Assembly (NCBI GenBank): GCA_963718875.1 | Contig: OY970378.1 | Location: 541,373 to 605,372, forward strand | Reading direction: 5' to 3' | DNA length: 64,000 bases | From: Candidatus Parcubacteria bacterium | GTDB taxonomy: Bacteria > Patescibacteriota > Saccharimonadia > UBA4664 > JBIOIQ01 | Shown here: piece after piece, positions 1 to 10,312 of the stretch | Layout: every line of letters begins with the position of its first letter | Position numbering within the stretch: position 1 is the first letter of the stretch | Position numbers and translations under genes: made by a program | Notes under the pieces: model-generated | Database searches by the model: none | What the model saw: only the letters and a program-made list of their open reading frames with translations | What the model was told of the DNA's origin: nothing

Positions 1-435
1 TAAGACAATGTCGGCACCATGACTAATCATTTGATTGTGTTGGATCTGAGCTGCGGTCATTTGGACTCCTGGTACAATCCGGCTTGAAATACCTTCGAAT
101 CGCAGCTGCTTTTTAAATGAAAGGGCTTCATTGAAAACTACTTTGGGCGGTAGAGATATACCATATAGACTAAAACCAATTGCCAATTTTCCTGGTGGGG
201 CTTGTGAATGCAGGGCTTTTGCTGCTTGCTTGAGTGAAGTTTGCAAATCCCCATTAGGTAAACGGTTGATGAGCCGAGCAATTTTTACTGTGCCACCAAG
301 TCTGTCAAAATCCACTGTATTGGTATCAACTAAGGCTGCTCCAGAGGCAAGTGGCGTAACCGAGTTTGGATATAAACTAACGAGTTCAGACAACGAGATT
401 GCAGGCTGGCGTCCAAGAATGGCAATATATGGCAT
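1..435 (-). CDS. Partial CDS (N-terminal ~145 aa of a hypothetical protein; gene continues beyond the window start). Not in the ORF track; the + ORF 131..439 is antisense to it.
   Basis: Reverse strand translates without stops from the ATG (complement of 433..435) to position 1: MPYIAILGRQPAISLSELVSLYPNSVTPLASGAALVDT... No convincing SD. Confidence 0.35.
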   Translation of the reverse strand, partial: MPYIAILGRQPAISLSELVSLYPNSVTPLASGAALVDTNTVDFDRLGGTVKIARLINRLPNGDLQTSLKQAAKALHSQAPPGKLAIGFSLYGISLPPKVVFNEALSFKKQLRFEGISSRIVPGVQMTAAQIQHNQMISHGADIVL

Positions 436-512
436 ATAAGTGATTGTACGCTAGAGAGAAGAAAAAAGAAGGCCTTTACGCCTAGCTAAAGTCGTGTAAT
501 AGTTGCAATAGA

Positions 513-1508
513 ATGAAGCGTAAAAGCTGGCTTGCAAGTGCTGGGTTGGTCGCCTTTGTCATTATTTTGGCATTAGGGTTTGGCCATCTAAAGCAATTTA
601 TTAGTATTATTGGCAAAGCCCAGTGGTACGTGCTGCTGCTTGTGCTGGTGGCGCAAGCATTTAGTTATTATTGTCGGGCTAAGTATTACCAAGCGTTTTT
701 TTTATTGTTTCAATATAGATTGCCTACGAGAGTACTGCTGGAGGCTTCGCTTGCTATAAATTTTGTAAACCAGGCCTTTCCTTCGGGAGGGGTGTCCGGA
801 ACGTCTTACCTTTCCCGTTTTTTGAGTAAAGAAGTGCCATCGGGTAAAACAACCTTGGCCCAGCTAGGTTATTATGTGTTTACTTTTATGTCGTTTTTGG
901 GCGTGTTGACTGTGGGTTTTGTAATGTTGTTTTTAGGAAATAACCTATCAAAAGTAACTGTTCGGATAATGGTGTTCTTTATTTTACTCATTATTGTAGC
1001 TAGTTTATTGCTTGTAACAGTCGTAAAGGATCGGCCCCGAATAGAGCGTTTAGTAGGAGCTATCGTTGCAGTTATTAACCGCATTGGCGTAAGGGTTTTA
1101 AAGAGGAAGAAAGCAATTGTTTCTCACCCAGCTTTAAATCGCTTTTTAGACGAGTTTTATGAAGGGTATCATTTTTTGCTCAGAGAAAAAAGACAATGGC
1201 GGACACTATTGGGTTACTGTTTGGGAGGAAATATTGCCGAGGTTGCAACTGTATATGTAGTTTTTGCCGCTTTTGGGGCATGGGTTAATCCTGGAGTTGT
1301 GATTGTGGGTTATACCCTTGCCAATATGTTAAGTATTGTATCGGTTGTAAGTAGTGGAGCTGGTTTATATGAGGCAAGTATGGTGGGGGCATTTGTAGCG
1401 TTAGGAGTGCCGTTTGCGTTAGCCCTATCGGTGGTAATTGTGTATCGGGTATTAAATTTTGTACTTTTTTTGCCGCTTGGGTACTATATCTATCGAAGGA
1501 ATGTTTAG
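513..1508 (+). CDS. Integral membrane protein, UPF0104/flippase-like (MprF-type TM domain) family
   Basis: 331 aa, multiple predicted TM helices; N-terminal pattern resembles flippase-like domain proteins. Confidence 0.45.
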   Translation: MKRKSWLASAGLVAFVIILALGFGHLKQFISIIGKAQWYVLLLVLVAQAFSYYCRAKYYQAFFLLFQYRLPTRVLLEASLAINFVNQAFPSGGVSGTSYLSRFLSKEVPSGKTTLAQLGYYVFTFMSFLGVLTVGFVMLFLGNNLSKVTVRIMVFFILLIIVASLLLVTVVKDRPRIERLVGAIVAVINRIGVRVLKRKKAIVSHPALNRFLDEFYEGYHFLLREKRQWRTLLGYCLGGNIAEVATVYVVFAAFGAWVNPGVVIVGYTLANMLSIVSVVSSGAGLYEASMVGAFVALGVPFALALSVVIVYRVLNFVLFLPLGYYIYRRNV

Positions 1509-1530
1509 TTAAACATCCGTACTATGTAGT

Positions 1531-2262
1531 TTGTTTGCTATAGTTAAAAGTACTTTGATTAACATACCAACTTACAAAAGAATAGGTATTTTGGGAGGCT
1601 TAAGCTATGAGTCGACTGCTGATTTGTATGAGCTTATTATGGAGAAACACACCCAAAAATTTAAGAACGCCTTCTACCCTGAGGTTGTGATCTTTAGCGT
1701 TAATTTTGAACAAATTATCAACTTGCAAGATGCAGAGGACTTAAATGTGAAGGCTTATGTTGGCGAGCTGTCAGTTGGCTTACAAGCTTTGGTGAGGGCT
1801 GACGCTGATTTAATTGTTATTGCTGCTAACACACCGCATATGTTTTTTGAGGAGTTAGAAAAAACGGTTAGTGTGCCAATGAGAAGCATTGTAAGGGCTA
1901 CATTAGATGTCGCTTTGAGACAAAATTATTCAAAACTACTGCTTTTGGGGACTAAACGAACAATGAGCACTGGGTTTTTTCAACAGGAATTTTCCCCAAA
2001 AGGAATCCAGTTACTGGTTCCTTCGCCGAGTGAGCAGAACACGATTAATACAATAATATTTAAAGATTTGGTTCGCGGCGCAGTAAATCAAACTAGTAAA
2101 CGGCAGATATTAGATATTGCTAAAAGATATGATGTTGAAGGGATAATATTGGGCTGTACCGAACTATCAATGATTATCAAGTCTGGGGATGTAAATCTTG
2201 AGTTACTTGATACGCTCGATATTCAAGCTGAAGACATTTTGAATCTAGCTCTTGTTCCATAA
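1531..2262 (+). CDS. Aspartate/glutamate racemase family protein
   Basis: IGILGGLSYESTADLY (GGMGP-like motif) and C-terminal GCTELS motif typical of Asp/Glu racemases. Confidence 0.65.
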   Translation: MFAIVKSTLINIPTYKRIGILGGLSYESTADLYELIMEKHTQKFKNAFYPEVVIFSVNFEQIINLQDAEDLNVKAYVGELSVGLQALVRADADLIVIAANTPHMFFEELEKTVSVPMRSIVRATLDVALRQNYSKLLLLGTKRTMSTGFFQQEFSPKGIQLLVPSPSEQNTINTIIFKDLVRGAVNQTSKRQILDIAKRYDVEGIILGCTELSMIIKSGDVNLELLDTLDIQAEDILNLALVP

Positions 2263-2294
2263 TTGGCAATGACCTTGATGTCAAACAAAAGGTT

Positions 2295-3005
2295 TTGGTG
2301 CCCTGCTATAATCAATGCATGGAACTGCCTAAAACCACTCTTTTTATGCTGATGTCGCTTGACGGAAAAGTATCTACAGGCGTGGGTGATGAGAGAGATT
2401 TTGATAAAGATTTACCACAAGTCAGCGGTATAGCAGACGGTTTAAACCAGTATTATGAGCTCGAAAAGCAAACAGATTTATTTTCTTTTAACACTGGCAA
2501 GGTCATGGCAAAAGTTGGCTGGAATGAGCAAAAAAATAAGTCAATTCCTGTTTCTTTTGTTCTTGTCGACAATAAGCCCCATTTGACAAGTCGAGGCTTA
2601 TCTAATCTGGTGGCGAGCTTAAAGAAAGTTTACGTCGTGACTACAAACGGGCAACATCCGGCAATCGGTTTGGCTAATGATAAGCTCGAAGTAATACAAT
2701 ATAAGGATCAGATAGATTTTTTTGATTTGTTCAAAAAATTAAGAAAAAAAGGAGTCAATGCTCTTACTGTGCAGTCTGGAGGAGAAATGAATGCAAGTTT
2801 ACTGCGAGCGGGGCTTGTTAATTTCATATCGGTTGTGGTTGCCCCTGTGATAGTGGGGGGGAGAGAGGCGCCTACTTTGGTAGACGGGAGCTCGCTTGAG
2901 ACAATTGCTGATTTGGCAAAACTAAAAACATTAAAACTTATTGCAGCTAAAACATTGTCGAATTCGTATCTACATTTAAAGTATGAGGTGTTGCGTGACA
3001 GGTGA
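2295..3005 (+). CDS. Dihydrofolate reductase family protein (RibD C-terminal reductase-like domain); true start probably internal (M at 2319 or later)
   Basis: MLMSLDGKVSTG motif characteristic of the RibD_C/DHFR-like family; approx 230 aa. Confidence 0.55.
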   Translation: MVPCYNQCMELPKTTLFMLMSLDGKVSTGVGDERDFDKDLPQVSGIADGLNQYYELEKQTDLFSFNTGKVMAKVGWNEQKNKSIPVSFVLVDNKPHLTSRGLSNLVASLKKVYVVTTNGQHPAIGLANDKLEVIQYKDQIDFFDLFKKLRKKGVNALTVQSGGEMNASLLRAGLVNFISVVVAPVIVGGREAPTLVDGSSLETIADLAKLKTLKLIAAKTLSNSYLHLKYEVLRDR

Positions 3006-4251
3006 GCAGACCCAGCAGATTATTGGTGTAAAGCAGTTTGTTGAAATTCTCAACGAAACACTAACTTTTGCTTTTCCGCTTGTGACAGTAGAAGGCGAGG
3101 TTCACAGTTTTAAGGTTAATCAAAACAAGTGGGTGTTTTTTGACATAAAAGATGACGACGCCACCCTAAGTTGTTTTATGCCGGTCTACGCTCTTAAGGT
3201 GCCGCTTGAAGATGGAATGAAGATAAGAGCGACTGGTTCCCCTAAGCTTACAAAATGGGGAAAATTTAGTTTTACTGCCAGGAGTGTGGAGCTTGCTGGA
3301 GAAGGTGAGCTGAGGAGGGCTTTTGAATTACTTAAGCAACGCTTGAGCAAAGAAGGCCTGTTTGAGGCTTCACGAAAACGTCCTTTGCCAACGTACCCAG
3401 AACGCATTGGTTTGGTGACGTCGGCAGGATCGGCAGCCTATAGCGATTTCATCAAAATACTATCGGCTCGCTGGGGAGGTTTAACAATTGAACTGGCAGA
3501 CGTTCAGGTGCAAGGTGCTCCAGCTCTAGGACAGATTGTAGGGGCTCTGAACTATTTCAGCCAACTAGCAAACCCTGTGGACGTAGTGGTGTTGATCCGT
3601 GGAGGAGGGAGCTTGGAGGACCTTCAAGCCTTTAACTCCGAGGAGGTGGCCAGGGCTGTGGGTACCAGTAGAACCCCCGTTGTTGTGGGAGTGGGGCACG
3701 AAGTAGATGTTAGTTTGGCTGACTACGCTGCTGATGTTCGTGCTGCAACCCCAACAGATGCTGCTCGTTTAGTAGTACCGGCTAGAGAGCAAGTGATGGC
3801 TGATGTTGGATATCGCCAAAAAGGTCTAGAGCTGGGGTTAGAACGAATGATGGCAGGGGTTAAAGAACGGGCGACTCGTGCGACTGAGTCTATGAAACAT
3901 TTTTTGACCATACCGCGTGAACAGCTTAGTTTTCAAATTAGCCAACTGACTCGCAACTTTGATCGGTTTTGTGTCCGTACTGATGGGTATGGACAAACAA
4001 TCAAAAGTCTAATTAGTCTAATTGAGAGCCGGACTAGGGTTCATGTGCAAACATCGGGGGCTTATGTAGAGTCGCTATTGCGAGTTTTGAGCGGGTTTAG
4101 TCCAAGGGCAAACCTGGAGCGAGGCTATGCTATCGTGACCTATAATGACGAGGTAATAAAATCTACCCGCCAGGTAGTGGACGGAGAAGAGCTCATGATA
4201 CAATTGTCTGATGGAGCAGTTCGTTCGAAAGCAAGACAATTTGAGGAGTAA
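2983..4251 (+). CDS. xseA: Exodeoxyribonuclease VII large subunit
   Basis: N-terminal OB-fold region, ERIGLVTSAGSAAYSDF core, 422 aa; immediately followed by xseB with ATGA overlap. Confidence 0.85.
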   Translation: MRCCVTGEQTQQIIGVKQFVEILNETLTFAFPLVTVEGEVHSFKVNQNKWVFFDIKDDDATLSCFMPVYALKVPLEDGMKIRATGSPKLTKWGKFSFTARSVELAGEGELRRAFELLKQRLSKEGLFEASRKRPLPTYPERIGLVTSAGSAAYSDFIKILSARWGGLTIELADVQVQGAPALGQIVGALNYFSQLANPVDVVVLIRGGGSLEDLQAFNSEEVARAVGTSRTPVVVGVGHEVDVSLADYAADVRAATPTDAARLVVPAREQVMADVGYRQKGLELGLERMMAGVKERATRATESMKHFLTIPREQLSFQISQLTRNFDRFCVRTDGYGQTIKSLISLIESRTRVHVQTSGAYVESLLRVLSGFSPRANLERGYAIVTYNDEVIKSTRQVVDGEELMIQLSDGAVRSKARQFEE

Positions 4252-4544
4252 TGATGGTATCAAAACCCGAAGCACCAGATGAATTTGATTTTGCAGCTAA
4301 ATTAAAAGAACTTGAAGACATAACTACTTGGTTTGAAACATCTGATATTAATTTAACCCAAGCCCTGCAGAAGTTTGAAAAAGGGATGGAACTAGCCGCA
4401 AGTTTAAAACAGCATTTGCAGAATGTCGAGAATAGGGTTGTAAAAATCAAGAAGCGTTTTGAATCAGAAGTTTCTCTTGACGAGAAAGTCTCTGATGATC
4501 TTGAGGTTGCTAGAGATGATGGCCTTGATCTAGGTTTATTTTAA
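4251..4544 (+). CDS. xseB: Exodeoxyribonuclease VII small subunit
   Basis: 97 aa, LTQALQKFEKGMELAASLKQHL helical motif; translationally coupled to xseA. Confidence 0.8.
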   Translation: MMVSKPEAPDEFDFAAKLKELEDITTWFETSDINLTQALQKFEKGMELAASLKQHLQNVENRVVKIKKRFESEVSLDEKVSDDLEVARDDGLDLGLF

Positions 4545-4551
4545 CGAGCTG

Positions 4552-5061
4552 ATGTTACCGATTGACCCCTTATTGGTGGCCTTTAGTTTGGCTAGTTTGA
4601 TAGTACTGGCTTTTGGCGTTGGTGCGCTGCTGGGTGCACCTTATTTACCGGTTTTAGGTCGAGATACCCGGAGTTTACTTGATTTAGCCGGTGTTAAAGA
4701 GGGTGAAATGTTGCTTGATCTAGGTTGTGGTGATGGTAAATTATTAAGGGCAGCAGCTAAACGCAAAGTCCGGGGGGTTGGTTATGAGATTAATCCAATA
4801 GTATGGCTGGTTGCAAAAATATTATGTTGGCCAGACCGCGAGCTGATTTCAGTTCACTTCGGAAATTATTGGAAAGCATCTTGGCCAGTCTGTGATGTGA
4901 TATATGTATTTTTGATCGATCGGTATATGCCCAAACTGGATCTAGCGCTTTCGCGGCAGTTAAAACGCCCAACTCGGGTGGTTAGTTATGTTTTTGAAAT
5001 ACCGGGTAAAACAGCCGTTCGCTCTACAAGTAACGCCAAGCTCTATATATACCCAAATTAG
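4552..5061 (+). CDS. Class I SAM-dependent methyltransferase with N-terminal TM helix
   Basis: Motif I LLDLGCGDGKLL; 169 aa. Confidence 0.5.
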   Translation: MLPIDPLLVAFSLASLIVLAFGVGALLGAPYLPVLGRDTRSLLDLAGVKEGEMLLDLGCGDGKLLRAAAKRKVRGVGYEINPIVWLVAKILCWPDRELISVHFGNYWKASWPVCDVIYVFLIDRYMPKLDLALSRQLKRPTRVVSYVFEIPGKTAVRSTSNAKLYIYPN

Positions 5062-5165
5062 TAATTGGGAGTCCTTAAATCATAGGGGATGTTTATATCG
5101 CTTACGCTTGTGACGCCAATGTTGAGCATGCTAACGTAGAACGTAGATGAATAATGTAAGGGGTT

Positions 5166-8054
5166 TTGTCGATGGTTTCAGATCATAAATCAGCCAAAAA
5201 GACCAAGCTCCCGACGCCAAAGCCACAAACGCCATTAGATACAGCTGCATTACTCATACTATTAGAGGAAATGGCTGCTGCGCCGGATCAAACTGAGCTA
5301 TGGGAAGTGCTTAAAAGAGGGCTAGCCTATATAATTCCGGCCTTGCCTTCGGCGGCAGTATTAGAGTGGGGGCTTAACAGCGTAATAAATGTTACACATA
5401 ATCCTATCCCAGAATTAAAGCAAATATTCGATAACCCCTTGGGTCTGTTTAATAAAGCGGCTGGAAAAGTAGCAGTAGTTGCGGATATTTTTGAGTTATC
5501 TGGTTCAAAAGAGCTAGCAATTAAATTGAGTGATTTTGGTATCAACAAAATAATGATTGAGCCGATTGAATATCATAGCGAATCATCGGGGTTTGTGGCG
5601 ATTTTTCAAAAAGAAGAGTTGTTAATAGAACAAAAAATGTGGTTTAAGTCTTTGGTGAAGCAGTTAGCAATTGCGATAAAAAATTTGCAATTGAAAAACG
5701 ATTTAACCAAGGTCACCAGTGAGATAGAACAGACGCGCGATTTTATGCAGGATGGTTTAATCGTGATTAGCTCTGAGGGTATACTCCGCTATCTTAACCC
5801 AGCAGTTTTTGCAATGCTGCATTTGAAAAGCCAAACTGTGAACCTCTCGCTAAAGGATTTTTTCCATTCGTTTACTAAATATAGTATCGATGGGTCGGCG
5901 CTTGATATTGCTAGCTTGTCGTTGGTTCCTTTTGAAGAAGCACTTACAGGTAAAACAATCCGCCAACTTTTAAATCTCAAGACTCCCAATGGCTATGCAA
6001 CGCTAGAGGCTATCTTTGGCCCATACAAGAATAGTCAAGATGAAGTCGTGGGGGTGATTGTTAATTTACGAGATTTGACTGGAGTATATGCGGAAAAAGA
6101 AAAATTGATGGTTGTCCAAGAAAGTACGGCTCATGGTTTAATTGTGCTTGATACGAATAACGTAGTAACCAGTACCAACGAGTATTTTAGAGAAATAATG
6201 GATACCAATGATATAAGCGGAAGGAATTTTGCCGATTTTTTACGTGACCCTAAAGTTAAAGAGTACATTACGTTTGACATATCGACCCCAGAACGGGTTA
6301 TAGACTGGATCAAAACTGGACGGAAGATGACGTTTTATGCTGAAGTTAGATCTAAAAATGAGTTGAGACATTTACAGTTGGTTACAAGTCCAATTATAGG
6401 TCGAACTGGGAACCAGGGTTCGGTAGTGAGCGTTCGAGATGTAACCCCATTGATTGAAAAAACCATGGAGGCTAACGATATGGCATGGAAAGCCCAAAGG
6501 CATTCTCGTGAGCTATCGGGGTTAGCCGAGTTGTCCGATATTAGTTCGATCTTGGGCTTTAGGGTCGATCAAATTTACGATAAGTATCTTCAAAAAACAA
6601 GTCAATTACTGTCATCCCAATATGCCAGTATTTATTTATATCGTCCGGGAATAAGTAAATTGGAAATAAAAGCCACAACGGCAATGTTTCATGAACACCC
6701 CAATACAGTTCTTATTGACAACAAATCACCAATTTCAAGGGCATTTATAAGCAAAAGGCCGCATAAGACTAGTGTGGCTGACGACGAATCCCAAGTGATG
6801 GGGCATGGTTTGGCTGTGCCAATTGCTCTCGGCACTAAAATATTAGGCGTTTTTGTAGTGAGTGGCCGTGAAGAGGAGTTTGCAGACCACGATGTAAATT
6901 TACTTAATTTGGTAGCCTCAAGGCTAGCAGTATTAATTGAGAATGCCAACCTTTATCATGACGTTAACGGTCGGCGTGAGCGTTGGGAGGCAGTTTTTAA
7001 GTTTACCGAAGAAGGTATTGTTATTTTTGATCAAAAGGCTAAGGTTGTAGGGTTTAATACGGCTGCCTCTAAGCTAACGGGTATTAGAGCCTCTGATGCA
7101 ATAGGAAAGTCTTTTATAAAAGTTGTGAAGTCTGTGTCGCAAGAAGGAGTGAATTTGGCATCAGTTTCTCCCGTTCATCAGGTATTAACCGAGGGAAAAA
7201 CGATTGCCAAGAGCCAGCAGCTGCTGGAAAATTTAGATGCTGAGCAGATATGGACAGAAATTAGTTATTCGCCAATCTTCGACAACTCAGGACATGTTAC
7301 GAGCGGGCTCGCAATTATTCGAAATATCCAAAAAGACCGAGAGGTGGAGGAAATTAAGAGTGACTTTATTTCTATAGTGTCGCATGAATTACGAACTCCA
7401 CTATCGGCTATCAAGGGCTTCTTAAGCATGATCTTGAATAAGGATTTCGGTGAGCTGAATGATAAACAATTCCATTTTTTAAACCGGGTTTATCAAAGTA
7501 ATCAGCGAATGGTAGATTTGGTAGAAGACTTACTGGATGCAAGCCATATTGAAAGCGGTAAAATCAATCTTGTTCAAAACCCCACAGCTCCGGAGACGGT
7601 TATTAATGAGGTTGTTAGCGAGCTTGCGAGTAAAGGATTTGAGAGGCAGATTTTGCTAAAAGTTAGGCGTAAACAGCGATTGCCATTGGTACTGGCGGAT
7701 GAAAATAGATTACGTCAGATTTTAACTAATTTAGTGGACAATGCAATTAAATACTCCTTTCCTAAAGGGGAGGTTGTGATAGATTTTAAAGTAGTTGGGG
7801 ACGAGCTGATTACCAGTGTTAGTGATAGTGGCGTTGGCATTACTCCAAATCAGATTGAACGCATTTTTCAAAAGTTTGGGCGGGTTTATAATCCCATGAG
7901 TGTTGAGGCGGGGGGATCTGGGCTAGGGTTGTACATCGTTAAACGGTTAGTGGAGTCCCATGGAGGTAAAATTTGGGCGACTGGCCGAGAAGGAAAAGGT
8001 TCAAAATTTAGCTTTTCGCTACCGATAGCCCGACAGCTGCCTTTGCTACAGTAG
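5166..8054 (+). CDS. Multi-domain sensor histidine kinase (PAS/GAF repeats + HisKA + HATPase_c)
   Basis: H-box [15 protein letters not shown]-box [11 protein letters not shown]-box [19 protein letters not shown]; 962 aa; TTG at 5166 or ATG at 5172. Confidence 0.8.
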   Translation: MSMVSDHKSAKKTKLPTPKPQTPLDTAALLILLEEMAAAPDQTELWEVLKRGLAYIIPALPSAAVLEWGLNSVINVTHNPIPELKQIFDNPLGLFNKAAGKVAVVADIFELSGSKELAIKLSDFGINKIMIEPIEYHSESSGFVAIFQKEELLIEQKMWFKSLVKQLAIAIKNLQLKNDLTKVTSEIEQTRDFMQDGLIVISSEGILRYLNPAVFAMLHLKSQTVNLSLKDFFHSFTKYSIDGSALDIASLSLVPFEEALTGKTIRQLLNLKTPNGYATLEAIFGPYKNSQDEVVGVIVNLRDLTGVYAEKEKLMVVQESTAHGLIVLDTNNVVTSTNEYFREIMDTNDISGRNFADFLRDPKVKEYITFDISTPERVIDWIKTGRKMTFYAEVRSKNELRHLQLVTSPIIGRTGNQGSVVSVRDVTPLIEKTMEANDMAWKAQRHSRELSGLAELSDISSILGFRVDQIYDKYLQKTSQLLSSQYASIYLYRPGISKLEIKATTAMFHEHPNTVLIDNKSPISRAFISKRPHKTSVADDESQVMGHGLAVPIALGTKILGVFVVSGREEEFADHDVNLLNLVASRLAVLIENANLYHDVNGRRERWEAVFKFTEEGIVIFDQKAKVVGFNTAASKLTGIRASDAIGKSFIKVVKSVSQEGVNLASVSPVHQVLTEGKTIAKSQQLLENLDAEQIWTEISYSPIFDNSGHVTSGLAIIRNIQKDREVEEIKSDFISIVSHELRTPLSAIKGFLSMILNKDFGELNDKQFHFLNRVYQSNQRMVDLVEDLLDASHIESGKINLVQNPTAPETVINEVVSELASKGFERQILLKVRRKQRLPLVLADENRLRQILTNLVDNAIKYSFPKGEVVIDFKVVGDELITSVSDSGVGITPNQIERIFQKFGRVYNPMSVEAGGSGLGLYIVKRLVESHGGKIWATGREGKGSKFSFSLPIARQLPLLQ

Positions 8055-8129
8055 GGCTGGTATATTGGTGTGACTCCTTGTTATGTCATGGCTAAAATGG
8101 GTGTATACTACAATTAACAGGAGAATTTA

Positions 8130-8507
8130 GTGGCCCATATTTTATTAGTCGAAGACGATGTTATTTTAGTAGAAATGTATCAAGCTAAGTTTGAGCTTGA
8201 AGGTCATCAAGTAAGGGTTGCTACGAACGGCGAAGAATGTTTAGAAATATTAGCTGAGTATCAGCCAGAATTAATTCTACTTGATATACTGATGCCTAAA
8301 CTTAATGGGTTCCATGTTTTAAAAGAAATTAAAAAACAGCCGGAGTTGCGCCAAATTCCCATAATTTTACTGACAAACCTTGGAGAGGCTGAAGTGGACA
8401 TGAACCGTGAGTTAGCAAGTGCCTTAGGAGTCAGCGACTATCTGATCAAATCGCGTCATACGCCAGACGAAGTCGTCGAGAAGGTTGTTAAGGTCTTAAG
8501 TAAATAA
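8130..8507 (+). CDS. Stand-alone response regulator receiver (CheY-like, no output domain)
   Basis: LLVEDD...D (phospho-acceptor) LDILMPKLNG, 125 aa; paralog of 47766..48131. Confidence 0.8.
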   Translation: MAHILLVEDDVILVEMYQAKFELEGHQVRVATNGEECLEILAEYQPELILLDILMPKLNGFHVLKEIKKQPELRQIPIILLTNLGEAEVDMNRELASALGVSDYLIKSRHTPDEVVEKVVKVLSK

Positions 8508-8514
8508 GAGGTTT

Positions 8515-9066
8515 ATGAGGGATCAAAACTTGCATAAGGAGAGAATTATTGCCGAGCGAGAGCTTTATCGCGGCAAAGTTTTTTCCGTTTTAGCGCGTGA
8601 TATCGAGATACGTCCGGGCAAGGAAGTGTCGTGGGAAATTATCAGAAAACATGGTGGTGATAGTGTAGCGGTAGTTCCGATAGATGATGACATGAATGTA
8701 TGTCTGGTGGAGGAGTATTTTGGTGCAACTAATCAACGGGGGCTTAAGCTCCCAATGGGGATGATGGATACTGGTGAGGATCCTGAAAAGTCGGCACAAC
8801 GGGAGATGCAGGAAGAGATTGGTTTATCTGGTACTTTGACGCAACTATCTCTGATGACTATTTCTCCTGGCTACTTAACTCAACGGACATATGTCTATTT
8901 AGCAACTAAGTTAATAGAAAAGAAACTTGTAGGTGATGAAGAACACTATTTCAAGGTCATTAAAATGCCTCTGTCGGAAGCTGTAGAGATGTGCCGGAAT
9001 GGAAGTATAGCTGAGGCACGTACTATAGCTGGGATACTTCTAGCGAAAGACAGCCTAGCAACATAA
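8515..9066 (+). CDS. NUDIX hydrolase (ADP-ribose pyrophosphatase-like)
   Basis: Nudix box GEDPEKSAQREMQEEIGL. Confidence 0.75.
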   Translation: MRDQNLHKERIIAERELYRGKVFSVLARDIEIRPGKEVSWEIIRKHGGDSVAVVPIDDDMNVCLVEEYFGATNQRGLKLPMGMMDTGEDPEKSAQREMQEEIGLSGTLTQLSLMTISPGYLTQRTYVYLATKLIEKKLVGDEEHYFKVIKMPLSEAVEMCRNGSIAEARTIAGILLAKDSLAT

Positions 9067-9096
9067 TAACTGTCTGTAGTAGCGTACAATTGCATC

Positions 9097-9828
9097 ATGG
9101 GTTATTACAAAACCACTGGAATTGTGTTGCGGCGAATGAACTTAGGCGAGGCCGATCGAATTATTACGTTTTTAACACGCGACCATGGCAAGGTACGCGC
9201 GGTTGCAAAAGGTGTGCGTCGGATTAAGAGCCGAATGGCGGGGCATCTTGAGCCGTTTGGAACGGTCGAGCTGATGTTTGCCGAGGGACGCAATCTAGAT
9301 ATTATTACGTCGGCTCGGTTGCTAAGGAGCGCCGATAGCATTACGGAACATCCTAATTCCTTGGCTCAAAGTTTTTTATTAGCTGAGATGCTTGATCGTT
9401 TGACCTTGGAAGGAGCTGAACAAACTGTTTTGTTTGATGTGGTGGACAATTGCTACTTGGATTTGTCTCAGAGGGGAGGAGACGCAGTTGTGGAACTTTA
9501 CTTCAAGTTACGCCTACTAGAGACTCTAGGATATCGACCAAGGTTGGATGGATGTAGTGTTTGTGGTAATCGTGACTTACGCGACGCTTACTATTTTGAG
9601 CCTGAAATTGGTGGTATAGTAGATGACACTTGTAGCATTAGTCGACAGTTTTTAATATCGCTAAACCAGATTAAGCTGTGGCGGTTGATGTTAAGCAATC
9701 TACTCCCGGATATTCGGCGTTTGCAGGACGTTACAGCGTTATCAAAAGATAGTTTGAATGCCTGTAACTATTTTTATGAGTATACTTTTGGGAAAAGATT
9801 TCTAACAAGTGCTGCACTATTTGAATAG
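9097..9828 (+). CDS. recO: DNA repair protein RecO
   Basis: N-terminal OB fold YKTTGIVLRRMNLGEADRIITFLT, C-terminal Cys cluster CSVCGN. Confidence 0.8.
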   Translation: MGYYKTTGIVLRRMNLGEADRIITFLTRDHGKVRAVAKGVRRIKSRMAGHLEPFGTVELMFAEGRNLDIITSARLLRSADSITEHPNSLAQSFLLAEMLDRLTLEGAEQTVLFDVVDNCYLDLSQRGGDAVVELYFKLRLLETLGYRPRLDGCSVCGNRDLRDAYYFEPEIGGIVDDTCSISRQFLISLNQIKLWRLMLSNLLPDIRRLQDVTALSKDSLNACNYFYEYTFGKRFLTSAALFE

Positions 9829-9829
9829 A

Positions 9830-9986
9830 CTTCTTTTAAAACCCTCTCGATATTCCGAAAGCCTGTTTTAGGAGCAATATAGCGGCTTTCTTGCGGTAAG
9901 AGATAGCCATAGTGCTACCTTGAGACGCAAAAAGTCGGTAGATTGCCCTATAAACAGGTTTGCAGGACGGGAGGGTTTTGAAAGAA
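9830..9986 (+). ncRNA. Long structured element: 19-bp stem (one G.U) enclosing a ~117-nt loop with nested helices; recO terminator/leader or ncRNA of unknown class
   Basis: 9830 GACTTCTTTTAAAACCCTC ... GAGGGTTTTGAAAGAAGTC 9986 are reverse complements; inner AAGCCTGTTT/AAACAGGTTT pairing. Confidence 0.35.
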
Positions 9987-10003
9987 GTCTAATAGGAGAC
10001 ATT

Positions 10004-10312
10004 ATGGAGCAAAAGCGGGGAAGTGAGCTGGCTTGGGACTTGGAAGATTATAGGGCTCACGAAGTAGATCCGCCCGAAAGTATTTTGAGCAACCCACAGG
10101 CTTGCGAAGGCGATTTAATGACTGACGAGGAGGTGGCCCAGTTCGTAAAAGATGGTATTGCTACAATTATGCTTTTGCGCGACAAGGGCTCTGAGCGAAC
10201 AAAGACTGTCCACGAAACATTCTTGCTCGATTGCGAGTTTCTGCTTTCGCTTGGAAGGCTTGAACAAGACGAGTATAATGAACTGATAGATTTGGAGAAT
10301 TATAGTTTCTGA
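10004..10312 (+). CDS. Hypothetical acidic protein (103 aa), translationally coupled to glyQS (TGATG overlap)
   Basis: GGAG SD 7 nt upstream of ATG 10004; stop overlaps glyQS start; track ORF 9920 start lies inside the upstream hairpin. Confidence 0.4.
   Translation: MEQKRGSELAWDLEDYRAHEVDPPESILSNPQACEGDLMTDEEVAQFVKDGIATIMLLRDKGSERTKTVHETFLLDCEFLLSLGRLEQDEYNELIDLENYSF

Noticed and set aside
131-439. + strand ORF of 102 aa from the track
   Set aside because: Antisense to a longer, protein-like minus-strand frame that runs to the window edge; low-complexity and Cys-rich translation.
9920-10003. Track start (9920) for the ORF preceding glyQS
   Set aside because: The first 28 codons lie inside the 19-bp-stem structured element and lack an SD; the ATG at 10004 has a GGAG SD.
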